64,000 nucleotides of DNA from Dimargaris cristalligena (taxonomy: Eukaryota). The notes below the pieces were generated by a model that was given only the letters and a program-made list of their open reading frames with translations, was not told where the DNA came from and searched no databases. Both the position numbers and the translations under genes were made by a program. The first letter of the stretch is position 1. Every line of letters starts with the position of its first letter. The stretch is taken from the NCBI GenBank assembly GCA_003614675.1, contig ML002214.1, positions 1-64,000 on the forward strand, in the 5' to 3' direction. Of this stretch, positions 21,122-34,100 are shown one piece after another.

Positions 21122-24100
21122 GCTGACTAGTTTAATTGCAAGAAAGAAGGAGGGTGATGATGGGCTAAGTGAAAGCCTCCAAATGGACAATGCACGCGAA
21201 TTAGCCGGATGGGCTGTATAATGGCAGCAGGTGAAGTGGTACAAAAAAAATAGAAACTAGGAAGTGCAATGGACACGTAGGTAAATGTGAATATTGGGTT
21301 CGGTATTGTAGTAATAATATATATAATAATAAAAAATAATGAAAAACGGCCAAAAGGGGGGGGGATCGTCTAAAATAGCATAATAGGGAAGACGAATAAA
21401 CCAATAGAATAGAAACTGCTTTATGCCTGCAATCCACAAAGATGGTTTGGTTTGATGGTGCTCTTTGCCCATCAGTGTTCGTTTTCATCATTATGATTTT
21501 AGTTCGTGTACAGTGCAATGATAGATATAAAGGATACCGTTATATTTGAAAGAACCCTGAGCAGCGTGCCAGGGCTAGTTGGCGCAGCTCACACTGCACA
21601 GCAAGGATCATTTAGTATCTTTAGCACAAACAGTACGCCCGACTGGCTGAATGTCCAAACATCTATTAATGATTATGTATAAGAAATATGGATAAAGCCC
21701 TGCTAGTATTGTAAACATAGTAAACCCCTAGCATTCAATAAATGGTTAAAAAAGACCCAAAATCTAGGTTAAACATCGTTTTGTAACACTCCTTAATTAC
21801 AATTTGACGGTCAGGCAATGAATGGGACGGGTTGAATAGCGGTGGACAACCAAATGCATCTTCCGCCATCCCTTTATGGCTGTTGTAAACGGGTGGGTCA
21901 AATTATTATCAGTCACTTGAGTTTGGTATCTGTAAAAATTATATCCACCCACCCCTCATATATTACAGTCGGATTCTTGTCCTGTATTATACAGTCCACC
22001 TTATTCATTTTAGCCACCCTTGAAGAACACCATATCGGGCTGGCCTAGGTCTGGGTGTATTTGCAACCCGAGGTCTAATTATTGTCGCTGGTGGAGTTTG
22101 ATTATTGCTAATGGACTCCCAATTCGCCATAAACAATGTTTCCCAGAACCGGTGATAGGCGGTTCAACATACACAAAGGGACATGGGGGTTAAATCAAAA
22201 TAATACTTCAAGCGGAGATCAAGCAAAGATTAAAAGTAGGTAGCACCGGACTAGCTGTACAAGTATTCCCTGATGGCAGCTTTTTTTCCGGCTGGACAAG
22301 TGGTGGTGGTTCCACCGTCCTTCCCTAATCGATAAACGGCCAGCGCGCCAACTCAATGTATGTTTATCATGGAATCATCGGGCGATGTTGGATATTACCT
22401 ACTGCTTCACCCTTCCATATACCTATCAACATGGGTTGGATGACTCCCTACTTCTCTGGCATGTTTACCCTAGCTCAGGTCAACCCCGACCGCCGACATA
22501 TCGCCCAAACTGCTTACTAGTAGCAACGGAAGCAGTCGATACAAAAATATGGCACCCCATCCATCAAACGAGTGGCCAGCTGGCACCCTGTCAGGTACGA
22601 ATGAATTGACCACATCTACATAGACGAATGTGTCCTTGCAAAAACAGCTATGGTGAGGTACGCTATAAGGATAGTTTCCTTACCATACACAGCTATTGTT
22701 TTTTCATTTCGATCAAACAATCTGTAATCGATTTTAGATTAAAGGGTTTGCTTTGTTTTCAAATAATGCAATGGTCATGTGACAAGTTGCCGGGTCGGCG
22801 GGTCTTTTGCCTATATCTGATTCCCGTCTGTAAATAAATCGAGACCGATCAAGGCCGGTGTTGAATAGTTGTCCTTGAAGACAGGGTCCAGAATCTATTT
22901 AATTCGTCTATTACTGCCGATCATGGGTGGTTTAATACACCACTAATTAATATAGCCAAGATTGCCTTCATCGCAATTGATACAGCATAATATTATGTAT
23001 TAATGGTGAATGCCAGCTAATACATTGGGCGAAGATGTGGTGTATTTACCCAACAGTGTAGAATCCATTGATGCTGTCTGATACCAGAAACATATGCAAA
23101 GTGCCGATATTAAACCTAATGACGAATGGCTATGGGGGATATATATATTAATAGATAGTGACCCTACTAGAAGTTAGGATTGCTTTTATTCAAAGATTCT
23201 AATGACAATTGTATGAAGAAATTGCGACCAAAAATAAAGCAAGTTCCATTAAGCTCCAACTACACCAAGCGGAATACAGCAACGAGTGGTTGTTTTTAAT
23301 CCTCACTCGGCCGTCCATTTTAGTTATATCGGTATTTCCCGTATCTATTTACTTTACATGACTTTACTATATGCGCATATTTATTCATTTTACTTTACTT
23401 TACTTTATTATATGCGCATGTAAATATATATGCGCATATACCCAATACGTTATTGATATTCAATAACTGCCCATCTGGTTAATAAATTCCACGGCCATCC
23501 ATCATTGCTGGTCTTTCCCGCTTCTACTTTATTTTGTCTCGTATTTATCGACGACCCACTCTTCTCCCTTTTCTTAGTTGAAGGAGCGCCCAGCGCAATC
23601 CTGATTGGTAATGATATTTAGCCCCAGCAAATTAGAATTAAGCAATACGTGTGAAGGTCGACGGGCTCATCATTTACCCGCTCGTTTACTAGCTGAACTG
23701 TGGATAGAGTGAGATCCAGGGGTGAATATTTAAGGCGGTCCTTATCTTTATCTATTGTCCTATCGCTTATGGCATCTACTGGTGGTGGGGCCTTCTTCTC
23801 GCAACTCTGCCCCCATAAGGTCCCTTATAAGGCTCGGCTATTAATAACCCATTAATTGGCTGATGTAATTACAATTCGTTTGAAATGAGTCCAACAGTAA
23901 ACTTCCTCCATCTCAAATACATTATCAATTGAAGAACTTCCTTTCCTCCTATTTTTCCCATACATAAAGCTAGCCTTTGCCATCCCCACTAATTTCCATC
24001 TTAATTTTTCACTGCTTAATTAATCCTTTTATTTAGTATGTATGACCAACGGAGTTGATTTGTTGAACCACATTATTATTATTATATAGTATCCCCCCTA

Positions 24101-24241
24101 ACTACTACTACTTCAAAGCCGTACTCAGCTACTTGCCTATACTGTCTGCCTCGCTGGTACTCCATAGGCCCTGGGTATCCAACACTCTCCGAACCCACAT
24201 ACAACAACCCGCGAGGGTTAGTTTAATCCATTATTCCCCCC

Positions 24242-27200
24242 ATGGTCTCGCCTGCCCTACCTTCCGGTCCAAGTCACACCAACGTGCTAGCCCTATGCCC
24301 TGACCCTCTTTTAACTCCCGGGCCTGGCCAGGAGATTCCCAACGACCTTTCTGGGGCGAGTCCAGTTCACCTCTCCCATTCCACTCGACCGTATGCCCTC
24401 CCCAAATTCCGGAGCTCGCTTCGGTACCCCCGGAAGTCTCAGCCCAATCCTGGACACGAGCCGTTAGGCTCATTGGCCCAATCTGGCTCTGGGCCTGAAC
24501 TACCCCTTGACAAGACTTATGCGTCGTTCCCAGCCCAGGCCTCAACTTATCCCCCAGGCCCTCCTCTTGTTGCCCAAGAGTCCGGCTTGCGGGTATCCTC
24601 TACGTCACCATGGCCGCCTGCACCTAAAAGTCACTGTAAAGTAGTGAATTTCGAGTCGCCCCTCACAACTTCGCGGCCTGTCCAGCACCCAGGGCACCAC
24701 CACCATACTTCACACTCGGCCGGTGACTCGGAATCCCTCATGGGCAACCACGGTGAGCCTTGTACCCTCAATGTATCTCATTACCAGACGGCACCCTCCA
24801 GTATAATAGGGCGAATGGTCGACCCGAAGCCAACACCTGTACTCTCCCCAATGGAACCAAGTCAACCCACATTTTGCAATACTAATTATCCCCCACTTCA
24901 CACGCACCACTCGAGCACGTCCCCTATTTCACCTGGAAGACAATCGACCGAGCTTGACAGTCCCGAAAGAAGATCCCGCGCCTCTTCCTCACCTTCCTTA
25001 CCGCCACCGCTACCACCACCACCACCCGGTTGCTGGTCGCGACTGCGGATGGGTCTATCTGCACATGTCGATGCTATGTTAACCCAACTTCGTGCCCCCG
25101 GGGCTATGATCATCCTTACCCGAGCCATGGTAACCTCGGCAATTGCAACTCTGTTTGTATTTACAGACAGTGTCAACAATTGGATTGGAATCAATGCATT
25201 TCTTCTACCTCTAACGGCCGCTATTCTCTGCACCTCCTCAACCCTCGGGGCCCATATAGAATGTATGGCACTGGCGTACATTGGCGCCGCCGCTACATTC
25301 GGCTACTCACTCTTGGGGAGGTTTGCTGCCGAGGAGTTTAATCGGCGTTATCTGCCTGATGGTAATCACGGCGGACGGGCTATTATGGCCATATGGCTCT
25401 TTGTTGGAGTAATATTGGTGAGCCTGGTCCGGGTACATGATAAGCGCTATTTCATCACCACCATCCTGTCTTGTCTTCCCATGACCACGGTATTGACCAA
25501 TAACGTTGACAGTACATCGGGTGCGCTTTCTTCAATGTGGTCCATCACTAAACCCATGGTGTTTGGTGCTAATATTGCACTAGTCACTGGGATTATCTTC
25601 TTCCCCGTCTCGGCTATTTTTAACGTGGAGAAGCACATCTTGGCCGTCATGTGCCGGACTCTTGCGGTATTGGATGTTACCACTAAGGCCTTTCTGTTGC
25701 GGGATTCATCCGCCCTTCTAACCCCCCAACAGTTTAACTCGCACATGGCCAAGGTTCGTCAGGCAATGTCCGCTCTGAAGGAGGCTGCACTCATGGCCAA
25801 ATACGAGGTCTCTTATTCGAACCACAAGCCCGAAGACTTCAATGCAATCCAAAAGACCCTGTCGGCCATATCACAGCATCTAGGAAGTATGTCACTCTCC
25901 GCCCAGAACAAACATTTTCTGGCCCACGCCCAGGATTTCATCAACCACCACGGGGATATCGATAGCCCCGACCTAGGTGTACCGATATCCAGGACCTCCA
26001 AGGCTAGCTTACCCGAGAACTCGACTAGGGCCAACCGGCAAGTATTTATGGAACTTTTGCAAACTTTCGCGCCTTCGATTCAGGACCTGTCCTATCTGTG
26101 TGAATTGACCCTCGACCGCTGTGCTCACCAGTTCATTAAAAATTGCCGCGCCCTAGGGCGTTCATCGGCGCTTCCACGTATCGTCAATGCTATTCCTGAC
26201 GATCTACTTATTCACGACTACTCTATTCTTGAGTCTCGGTACCAAAATCAAGCCAGTGGCGATACTGTCGGCATTTTAAGGCGCCTCCATCGTCGCTTTG
26301 CAGGGTGGTGCTCGAGTTTACCCAAATCGGATGCAGTCGAGACGGAGGCATCACAAACCCAAAAGGCCACTCGCTCCGCTATGAAAATGGACCCCTATCA
26401 AACTAATTCTGAACCGGCTTTGGCCCTTGGCCAGTTCAGCACCAGTAGCGACACTATTGGGATTGATGACCAGGGTAATTTTAGTCGATCTACCCCACCC
26501 CGTCTTTTGTCTCAACTCTTTTCAGGGGCCTCGCTAAGTAGCCTGGGAAATTCTCCCGATCAGCCCCGTAGGACCCAGCAAGAAACCGCTCATAGTCACT
26601 TCCGACTGAATTCGAACCCCCTCAGAGATTCTGCCGACCTGGGACTGCCAGGCGAGTCGAGTCCGTACACTGTAAGGTCTATTTACCCGCTATCCGACTC
26701 TGATATGAAGGACTATGTCGATAGGATTCTTCGGGCCATTGCCCAGCTGGATAAGTTGGAAGTAACCGTCATTGGTAAAGTATGCCACCAGCCCTCAGCC
26801 AGCGAAATTGGTCGCAATGGCGTCTCTGGTTCACACGGCGAATCCGAATCCAGCCCCCACCGACCGGAGGATTTTGGCAGTGATACCGAGGGTATACCAG
26901 TGGCCGAACTGCCCTTGGATGAACTCAGTGAGGAAGCCTTTTTGATTTTCTTTTTCCTATTCAGTCTTCGTGAAGTGGCTATCCTCCTGTCGACATTGAT
27001 GACCCAGATTCATACTTTACAACTCACTCGGTCCAAAACCAAGCAGCTGTGGATGCGCTGTAACAGTGACGCATGGAAAATATTCCGCTACTTCCGTACC
27101 CGGGCTCTCAATGGCTTATTCCCCCGACGCCGGCCAGTAAAGTCGACTTCCCCATCGCGTAAGTCGTCAACTAAACCCATCGATCCCCGGGGCCAGGGAG

Positions 27201-29713
27201 GTCTACACCGGCGTTTGTCTAGCTGGAGGCTCTATTCCCAGCGAAACAAGAATCGCGATAAAGAATTTGGGAAACTTCCGCATGACTCTGTGAACCCTTG
27301 CTCCACTGGTTTGCAGACACGCTCAAACCAAAGCCGTGAAACCGATGACCTTCTCAGCAGCGACCTGTCCACCCATCAGCCCCATCGCCTCCGGCAGGTT
27401 AGTTCAACTGCGACCCAATGTGGTGAGCTCTACCAAGACTACCAGGAAGTGGTGCGGCAAGTGTTTGAGGAAACTATTGAAGATAGCGATTCGGAAACTG
27501 AGTCTGACTCCGAGTCGGTTGTTGCGAACGAGTCGAAAAATGTTGGCCAAGGCCACCCCTCCGCCCCCCAGTCGAAGTGGTGGGACCGGTTGGGTCATTT
27601 CTGGGCCCCACGGTACTTTAAAGGTGAAAAAAGTAACAAATTAAGGTCCGGTGGGGAGGACTCACACCCTGCGACCCTCGAGATGGGATATTCTTTCCCC
27701 AATTCCGTGGCGGTAGAGCAGCCGGAACTACCCTCTGCCGGGCCTGATTCGGGGGTATCCTCGGCGTATTCGGCCGTAGCTCTTCAACCTGTCGACTCAT
27801 CCCTGCCTGAGCATCCGCTAAGGCCATCGTTGAGCGATCCACCGACCCATACCCAGTGTAATTCATCAACCCCTCCTTTGAAAAGCAACTCGGCTCGTAG
27901 TAATGGAAGGCGCCCGCCGGATAACAATGCCTCTGTCCCCTTACGCGACTCTGCCCTAAATTACCAAGGTCGCGCGGCCACCACCATGAATCAGGCAGAT
28001 ATTGCGGCGGATCCCGCAGACTCTTGCACAGCTGCACCACGGCGATCCCTCAATCACGGCCGTCTGTCCGACCGGGATAGGGCAGAATCCCCTGCTTCAT
28101 TCGTCAATCGACAAAGTATCTGGGCTCGATTCCGGGCGGCCTGCCTATACCAAATATGGGTTATTTCCCGATATATCAAAAACGACCACCTCCAATATGC
28201 AGTTAAGGTGGCCCTCTCCCTGACGGCAGTCTGTCTCCCGGCTTGGTTCGACAGCTCCATGCATTTCTTTCAAGCCCAGCGTATGCAGTGGATTACCGTG
28301 GTTACCTTCATAGTACTAAGTCCCACCATTGGCCGCACGCTCCTCATGTCCATCTACCGCGTTTTGGGAACGCTCTACACGGTCCTCATATCATTGGTGG
28401 CTTGGTACATAACCGGGGGCAATAAATACGGCCTCTTTTTTGTTTCCATCGTGCTGTCTGTCCCCGCTTTCTACGTGATCATTTTCACGCCCCACAAGAG
28501 TGTTGGGTATCTGGCGGCCGCCGTTTACATTATCATTGTCTTTACACTATATACTAATGTCCAATCGTCCGACACGATATTGACCCTGGCGTATAAGCGC
28601 CTGTGGACCAGTTTAACGGGTCTTTTACTTGCCTTGGTCGTTAATACCTGGCTATGGCCCCGTATTGCCCGGGTGGAGTTGCGGCACTTTACCGCGCTGG
28701 GCTTGGATACGCTGGGCATTGTGTTTTCGCGACTGACGGCTAAACTGGTGATCCACCCGTATCTCAATCCGCAGAACCATTTCTTCAAGCTCCATCTGGA
28801 GCAAGAGCGTTTACGGAAGGAGTCCTCGGCAATGACTGTTGCTAGTTGCGACAATTATCAATCCCAACCTCCCTTGACCACGCCGCTTGATGCCGACTAT
28901 CCCTACACCACATTTCCCCCGCCCCAGGCGGTTCTCCAACCCTACGAGGACCTCAATACGAGTACCGCGAAAGCCATCCAAAAGATGCAGGACTTATTGG
29001 GTCGCAGCCAGTTGATGCTGCAGGAAGCCGTACTGGAACCCCGCCTACAGGGACCCTTTCCCGCCGCGGTGTACACTGAAATTCTGAGCCGGATGCAAAA
29101 TATTCTCGATCGCTTCATTTCCATGTCCACCACCACGGATTACATATCGCCCCAGGTGCACTGCACCTTCATTGTACCGTTTAATCAGTATGGTCGCCGC
29201 GACTTGACCTCCGCTATCCTGATCAATCTATGTGCACTCGCCGGAGCCCTCCGTTGTAAGACCCCACTCCCACCCTATTTGCCCAGTGGTCGGGCGGCTC
29301 GGATCCGTTTGATTGAGCAAATCCGGAACCAGTTGAATCACCGTCAGGCCGATGAAGTTGTTGACAATGATGATTACTCGTCGTCTGTGGTCTCCGATAG
29401 TAGTTCCACCGAAGATGACGACATGGGTATCACTTTTGATATACCCAAACCCCAAGGGAAAGTGCGACCGAAGCAATACCACCGCCATGGCCATCAACCC
29501 CAAGCCCGCAGCTGCCCTTCGGGGATAGGCCGTCCACTGGTGGCATCTAACCGACCCACCCGGAAATACACCTTAAGTACGTTCTACTGGTACGCCTACT
29601 CTGCCGCACTAGAAGAGGTCATTGATGAACTGGAAAGCATTGTCATTTTGGTTAAATCGTTAGTCGGAGAGAACGATGAGTTATATGAACTATTGGACTC
29701 GCCGATGCAGTAG
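24242..29713 (+). CDS. Fungal aromatic-acid-exporter/FUSC-like polytopic membrane protein (YGL140C/Bre4-type architecture)
   Basis: Two TM clusters; the second has YAVKVAL, WITVVTFIVLSPTIG..YRVLGT and NTWLWPRIARVELR. C-terminal EPRLQGPFP and LRCKTPLPPYLPSGRAAR; long disordered inserts. Confidence 0.8.
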   Translation: MVSPALPSGPSHTNVLALCPDPLLTPGPGQEIPNDLSGASPVHLSHSTRPYALPKFRSSLRYPRKSQPNPGHEPLGSLAQSGSGPELPLDKTYASFPAQASTYPPGPPLVAQESGLRVSSTSPWPPAPKSHCKVVNFESPLTTSRPVQHPGHHHHTSHSAGDSESLMGNHGEPCTLNVSHYQTAPSSIIGRMVDPKPTPVLSPMEPSQPTFCNTNYPPLHTHHSSTSPISPGRQSTELDSPERRSRASSSPSLPPPLPPPPPGCWSRLRMGLSAHVDAMLTQLRAPGAMIILTRAMVTSAIATLFVFTDSVNNWIGINAFLLPLTAAILCTSSTLGAHIECMALAYIGAAATFGYSLLGRFAAEEFNRRYLPDGNHGGRAIMAIWLFVGVILVSLVRVHDKRYFITTILSCLPMTTVLTNNVDSTSGALSSMWSITKPMVFGANIALVTGIIFFPVSAIFNVEKHILAVMCRTLAVLDVTTKAFLLRDSSALLTPQQFNSHMAKVRQAMSALKEAALMAKYEVSYSNHKPEDFNAIQKTLSAISQHLGSMSLSAQNKHFLAHAQDFINHHGDIDSPDLGVPISRTSKASLPENSTRANRQVFMELLQTFAPSIQDLSYLCELTLDRCAHQFIKNCRALGRSSALPRIVNAIPDDLLIHDYSILESRYQNQASGDTVGILRRLHRRFAGWCSSLPKSDAVETEASQTQKATRSAMKMDPYQTNSEPALALGQFSTSSDTIGIDDQGNFSRSTPPRLLSQLFSGASLSSLGNSPDQPRRTQQETAHSHFRLNSNPLRDSADLGLPGESSPYTVRSIYPLSDSDMKDYVDRILRAIAQLDKLEVTVIGKVCHQPSASEIGRNGVSGSHGESESSPHRPEDFGSDTEGIPVAELPLDELSEEAFLIFFFLFSLREVAILLSTLMTQIHTLQLTRSKTKQLWMRCNSDAWKIFRYFRTRALNGLFPRRRPVKSTSPSRKSSTKPIDPRGQGGLHRRLSSWRLYSQRNKNRDKEFGKLPHDSVNPCSTGLQTRSNQSRETDDLLSSDLSTHQPHRLRQVSSTATQCGELYQDYQEVVRQVFEETIEDSDSETESDSESVVANESKNVGQGHPSAPQSKWWDRLGHFWAPRYFKGEKSNKLRSGGEDSHPATLEMGYSFPNSVAVEQPELPSAGPDSGVSSAYSAVALQPVDSSLPEHPLRPSLSDPPTHTQCNSSTPPLKSNSARSNGRRPPDNNASVPLRDSALNYQGRAATTMNQADIAADPADSCTAAPRRSLNHGRLSDRDRAESPASFVNRQSIWARFRAACLYQIWVISRYIKNDHLQYAVKVALSLTAVCLPAWFDSSMHFFQAQRMQWITVVTFIVLSPTIGRTLLMSIYRVLGTLYTVLISLVAWYITGGNKYGLFFVSIVLSVPAFYVIIFTPHKSVGYLAAAVYIIIVFTLYTNVQSSDTILTLAYKRLWTSLTGLLLALVVNTWLWPRIARVELRHFTALGLDTLGIVFSRLTAKLVIHPYLNPQNHFFKLHLEQERLRKESSAMTVASCDNYQSQPPLTTPLDADYPYTTFPPPQAVLQPYEDLNTSTAKAIQKMQDLLGRSQLMLQEAVLEPRLQGPFPAAVYTEILSRMQNILDRFISMSTTTDYISPQVHCTFIVPFNQYGRRDLTSAILINLCALAGALRCKTPLPPYLPSGRAARIRLIEQIRNQLNHRQADEVVDNDDYSSSVVSDSSSTEDDDMGITFDIPKPQGKVRPKQYHRHGHQPQARSCPSGIGRPLVASNRPTRKYTLSTFYWYAYSAALEEVIDELESIVILVKSLVGENDELYELLDSPMQ

Positions 29714-31143
29714 GATATTTCTTCAGGTGTTTATTGAATAAAATTGTAACAATTTCATGGCCCGTTAACCATCAAAAAAAGGGAATGCTTTAGTAAGGGG
29801 GGGGGTATATATATTCTGGGAATGCTTTAGGTGGGACTAGCTATATATAGCATGCGGTTAGACCCAGGGATACGGCGCTTTTGTACCCCTGCAAGCTATT
29901 TAGTATCCAAACGGGAAGGACAAGGGCGGTATAGGTTAGATGGTGCCCAATGTTTCCGTTGGGCCCAGACAGAAGGTTTCAGTGTGGGATATTACTGCCC
30001 AAGCTACCTTTACTTTCCCTTTGCATATTTTATTATTTAGCCTAGCCAGTAGTTTTACTGGGCGGCTTCCTACCGCTCATGTCTAACACTTCCCCCCGTA
30101 TGCCGCCTTGATCTCTGGCCAGGGTAGAGCCATGCCGACCAGCAGCGCTTGGTTTCGTTTCTAAGTCGGCTGTTACTGACTATATGCTGGAATGGCCTAC
30201 TGTTACTTTTGTCCCTTGAAGCTCGACTGCCACGCTTTGGGCGCTTGTATGTCGCTAACCTTGTCGAGTACGCAAACTGCTGGCCAAGTAAACAAACAAA
30301 CAGCCAGCTTAACCGCGCTACGGGCTGACGCAATCTGGTGAGGAGATGACGAGTGGGTTGCTATGGCTGGAGAGTGCTATCTATACCCCTCCTCCTCCAC
30401 TCTCTTGGCAGCCTCTATAGATCTAGAGCCAAATAATATTATTGGACATACGCATGGGACTTTCTATGGGAGAAATGGGGCAGGGGAAATCCCACGACCC
30501 GCGGACCAATCACACGGGGTTGTGAAAGAGAGGGTGGGCCACTTGTCGCTTTCATTCTTTGCCCTTCTCCGTTCTCCTTCCCTCTCTGTCTTGTTTCGCC
30601 AAGTTCGTTTTCCCTTTCTTATTTTACATACCGCGCGCTCTCCTGTCTTTTGGCCGTGTTCCTCACACCTATACCTTACCTACACACTCCCTTCTCGTAA
30701 GTACTTTGGCCACGCGTGTCGCCCCGCTGCCTCCGCCCACACGCGTCTCCTGTCCCTTCGGAATCAGCTCTCTTTCTCCCTTGCTGTATGCGCTCCTAAA
30801 ACAACAGCGACTTACTTACTTGTAGGCTCCTTCGTCCCACTCCCCTCTTTTTATAGTTAACGCGTGGGTAAGCCTGGCTCTAGAGGCCTTTTATCCCCCC
30901 AGAGCGGTACTGTCACTTGTGGTATTATCGCTCCTGCGCGTTGCTTTTTTTTTAAAAAATTACCTAGTGGAGAGCATTCCTGCACCAGCTGGCTCCCTTG
31001 TTCTAACCCTAACTAACCCAATTCCTTCCATCTGCTTACCCTTACCTTTTCCCATCGTATACCCGTATATTTGTCTTCCTCCATCTCCTTCTATAGAAAC
31101 ACATACCCACCCTCCCCCCTATTACATTCCCTCCCGATCCGCC

Positions 31144-34100
31144 ATGGACGGCTCCTCCACCGAAACAGCGGCCGCCAGCGCGGGCCCCCAACAACCCGCA
31201 TTCAATGAAAAGCTCTTCCAGCTCCTCAAGACCATCCAGCATCTCAAAGGTCGCGGTGAGACTGAGGCCACCAACCCCACTCTGGCCCTCATGGTCGATT
31301 GGGTGCATAAATACAGCGTCCAGCGTAACCAGGCCCAACAGACGGCCGCCGCCGGCCCCAATGCCGGTCCCCCCCCACCCGATGTGCAAGCCAAGCCCCC
31401 TCCGACTCCCCAGGCGGCCCCTACTCCCGCCCGGGTGGAGTCGGTTCCAACCCCAGCGAAGCCGAATGGCACCTCCCTCCCCGCGGACCTGCCCTTCAAC
31501 GAGGCCCAGCTGAATGCCCTTAAAATGCAGATTGTGGCCTATCGCTTCATCTCCAAGAACCTACCCATCCCCGAAAATGTCCGGGTGGCCCTCTTCTCCG
31601 CCATGGGTAATGTCTCTCCCAAGGATCTAGAGGCCATGGAGGATCCCAACACGCTGACCGGTAAAATCGTGGAAGCCGCCCGCATCCAGGCTCTTGATCC
31701 GGCGTCACTGGCTCTGGAGAAGTCCTACTACGCTCCCTATCATCTGTTGAAGCAGCATTTGCAGCACAACAACCCCGTTGCCATGCTCCAGCGTCTAGTA
31801 ATCCCGGGTATCGTTCCCGCCGGTCTGGACCCCCAGGCCTTGGTTGAGGAGCGTGAGCGTCGTATCGGTGCTCGCATCACCAACCGGATCCAAGAACTCG
31901 AAGTGTTGCCGAGTAACCTGGCCAACGATACTTTGGGCTCGGCCCAGGGCGGGGCCGGTCACAAATTAAGGGCCCTCATCGAACTCAAGTCCCTCAAGTT
32001 ACTCGAGCGACAGAAGCAGATGCGCCGGGACATCCTGGAGGGCATGCAGAAAACCACCACTCTGGTCACCGCCCAGGACCGCCACTCGTTCCGCCGGGTC
32101 AAGAAGCTCTCTAAGCGGGATGCCCGTCTGGCCGAAAAACTGGAGCGCCAGCACCGTCTGGACCGCGAGAAGCGCGAGCGGCAGCGACACGCTGAACGGC
32201 TCCAGAATATTGTTGCTCATGGTCGCGACATGGTACTGTGGCACCGTAACAACCAGACCCGCCAGGCCCGTCTGGGCAAATCCGTGCTTCAGTTCCACGC
32301 CCACGTGGAGAAGGAGGAGCTGAAGCGTATCGAGCGAGTGTCGAAGGAACGTTTGAACGCTTTGAAGGCCAACGACGAAGAGGCCTACCTCAAATTGTTG
32401 GACGAAGCCAAGGACAGTCGCATTTCCCATCTATTGCAACAGACCGACGCGTACCTCGATTCGCTCTCCCAAGCCGTGCGGCGCCAGCAGACCGAGGTTC
32501 TCCATACCGACCCCGCCCTGCGCGGCGGCGAAGAATTGATGGATCATGTCGAACCCGACGAAATCTCCTACGGTGACCACGATAACCAACGTAACAACGA
32601 CTACTACGACAGTTCGCATCGGATCAAGGAAACCATCGACGCCCAGCCCTCCATTCTCGTTGGTGGTACCCTCAAGGAGTATCAGATTAAGGGGCTGCAG
32701 TGGATGGTGTCCCTGTACAATAACCGACTGAACGGTATCCTGGCCGATGAAATGGGGTTGGGTAAAACCATCCAGTCCATTTCCCTAATTACCTTCCTGA
32801 TCGAAAAGAAGCGCCAGAACGGGCCCTTCCTCATCATTGTCCCCTTATCCACCCTACCCAATTGGGTCAGCGAGTTTGATCGGTGGGCTCCCTCGGTGCG
32901 CACCGTGGTTTACAAGGGCTCCCCCCCGGCACGCCGGGCCCTTCAGCAGAACGAGATTCGCCACGGCAACTTCCAGGTTCTCCTGACGACCTTTGAGTAT
33001 ATCATCAAGGACCGTCCCGTGTTAAGCCGCATCAAATGGGTCCACATGATCATCGATGAAGGTCACCGTATGAAGAATACCAAATCCAAACTGACCCAGA
33101 CCATCAACCAGTACTACTCGACCCGGTACCGTCTAATTCTGACCGGTACTCCCCTCCAGAATAACCTACCCGAATTGTGGGCCCTGCTTAACTTTGTCCT
33201 GCCCAAGATTTTCGACTCGGTGACCAGTTTCGACGAATGGTTCAATACCCCCTTTGCCAATACGGGTGGGGGGGACCGCATTGGCCTGACCGAAGAAGAG
33301 TCCCTGCTGGTGATTCGCCGCCTCCATAAGGTACTCCGGCCATTCCTGCTCCGGCGACTCAAGAAGGACGTCGAGTCCGAGCTTCCGGATAAGGTCGAGC
33401 ACGTTATCCGCTGCCGCCAGTCCGCTCTGCAGTCCTCGCTCTACAGCCAGTTCGTTAAGCACGGCATGCTGTTCACGGGGGAGAAGGAGAAGGGCAAGGG
33501 CGTAAAGGGTTTGAGTAATACCGTCATGCAGCTGCGTAAGCTGGTTAACCACCCCTTCGTTTTTGAGGAGGTTGAGAACCAGGTCAATCCCACCCATACC
33601 AACAATACCCTGCTGTACCGAACGTCGGGTAAATTCGAACTCCTGGACCGGGTGCTGCCCAAGCTTTTCGGCACCGGGCATCGGGTACTGATGTTCTTCC
33701 AAATGACCCAGGTCATTACCATCATGGAGGACTATTTGCAACTGCGGGGCTGGCGTTACCTGCGCCTGGACGGGTCCACCAAACACGAGGACCGTTCGCT
33801 TATGTTGCGTCAGTTCAACGCCCCCGACTCGCCCTACGTGATCTTCCTTTTGAGTACGCGTGCGGGTGGTTTGGGTCTGAATCTCCAAACCGCAGACACT
33901 GTCATCATCTTTGACTCGGACTGGAATCCCCATCAAGATCTACAGGCCCAGGACCGAGCCCATCGTATCGGGCAGACCAAGGAAGTGCGCATTCTGCGTC
34001 TGATCACCGAGAAGTCCATCGAAGAAAGTATCCTGGCCCGGGCCCAATACAAGCTCGACATGGATGGCAAGGTTATCCAGGCCGGTAAATTCGACAACAA

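Noticed and set aside
30919-31143. ORF-track N-terminal extension of SNF2 (likewise CWC22 21122-21244, ACP1 53470-53772, and 36766-37062)
   Set aside because: Mostly non-ATG starts through pyrimidine-rich UTR or intron sequence; better-context ATGs lie downstream.
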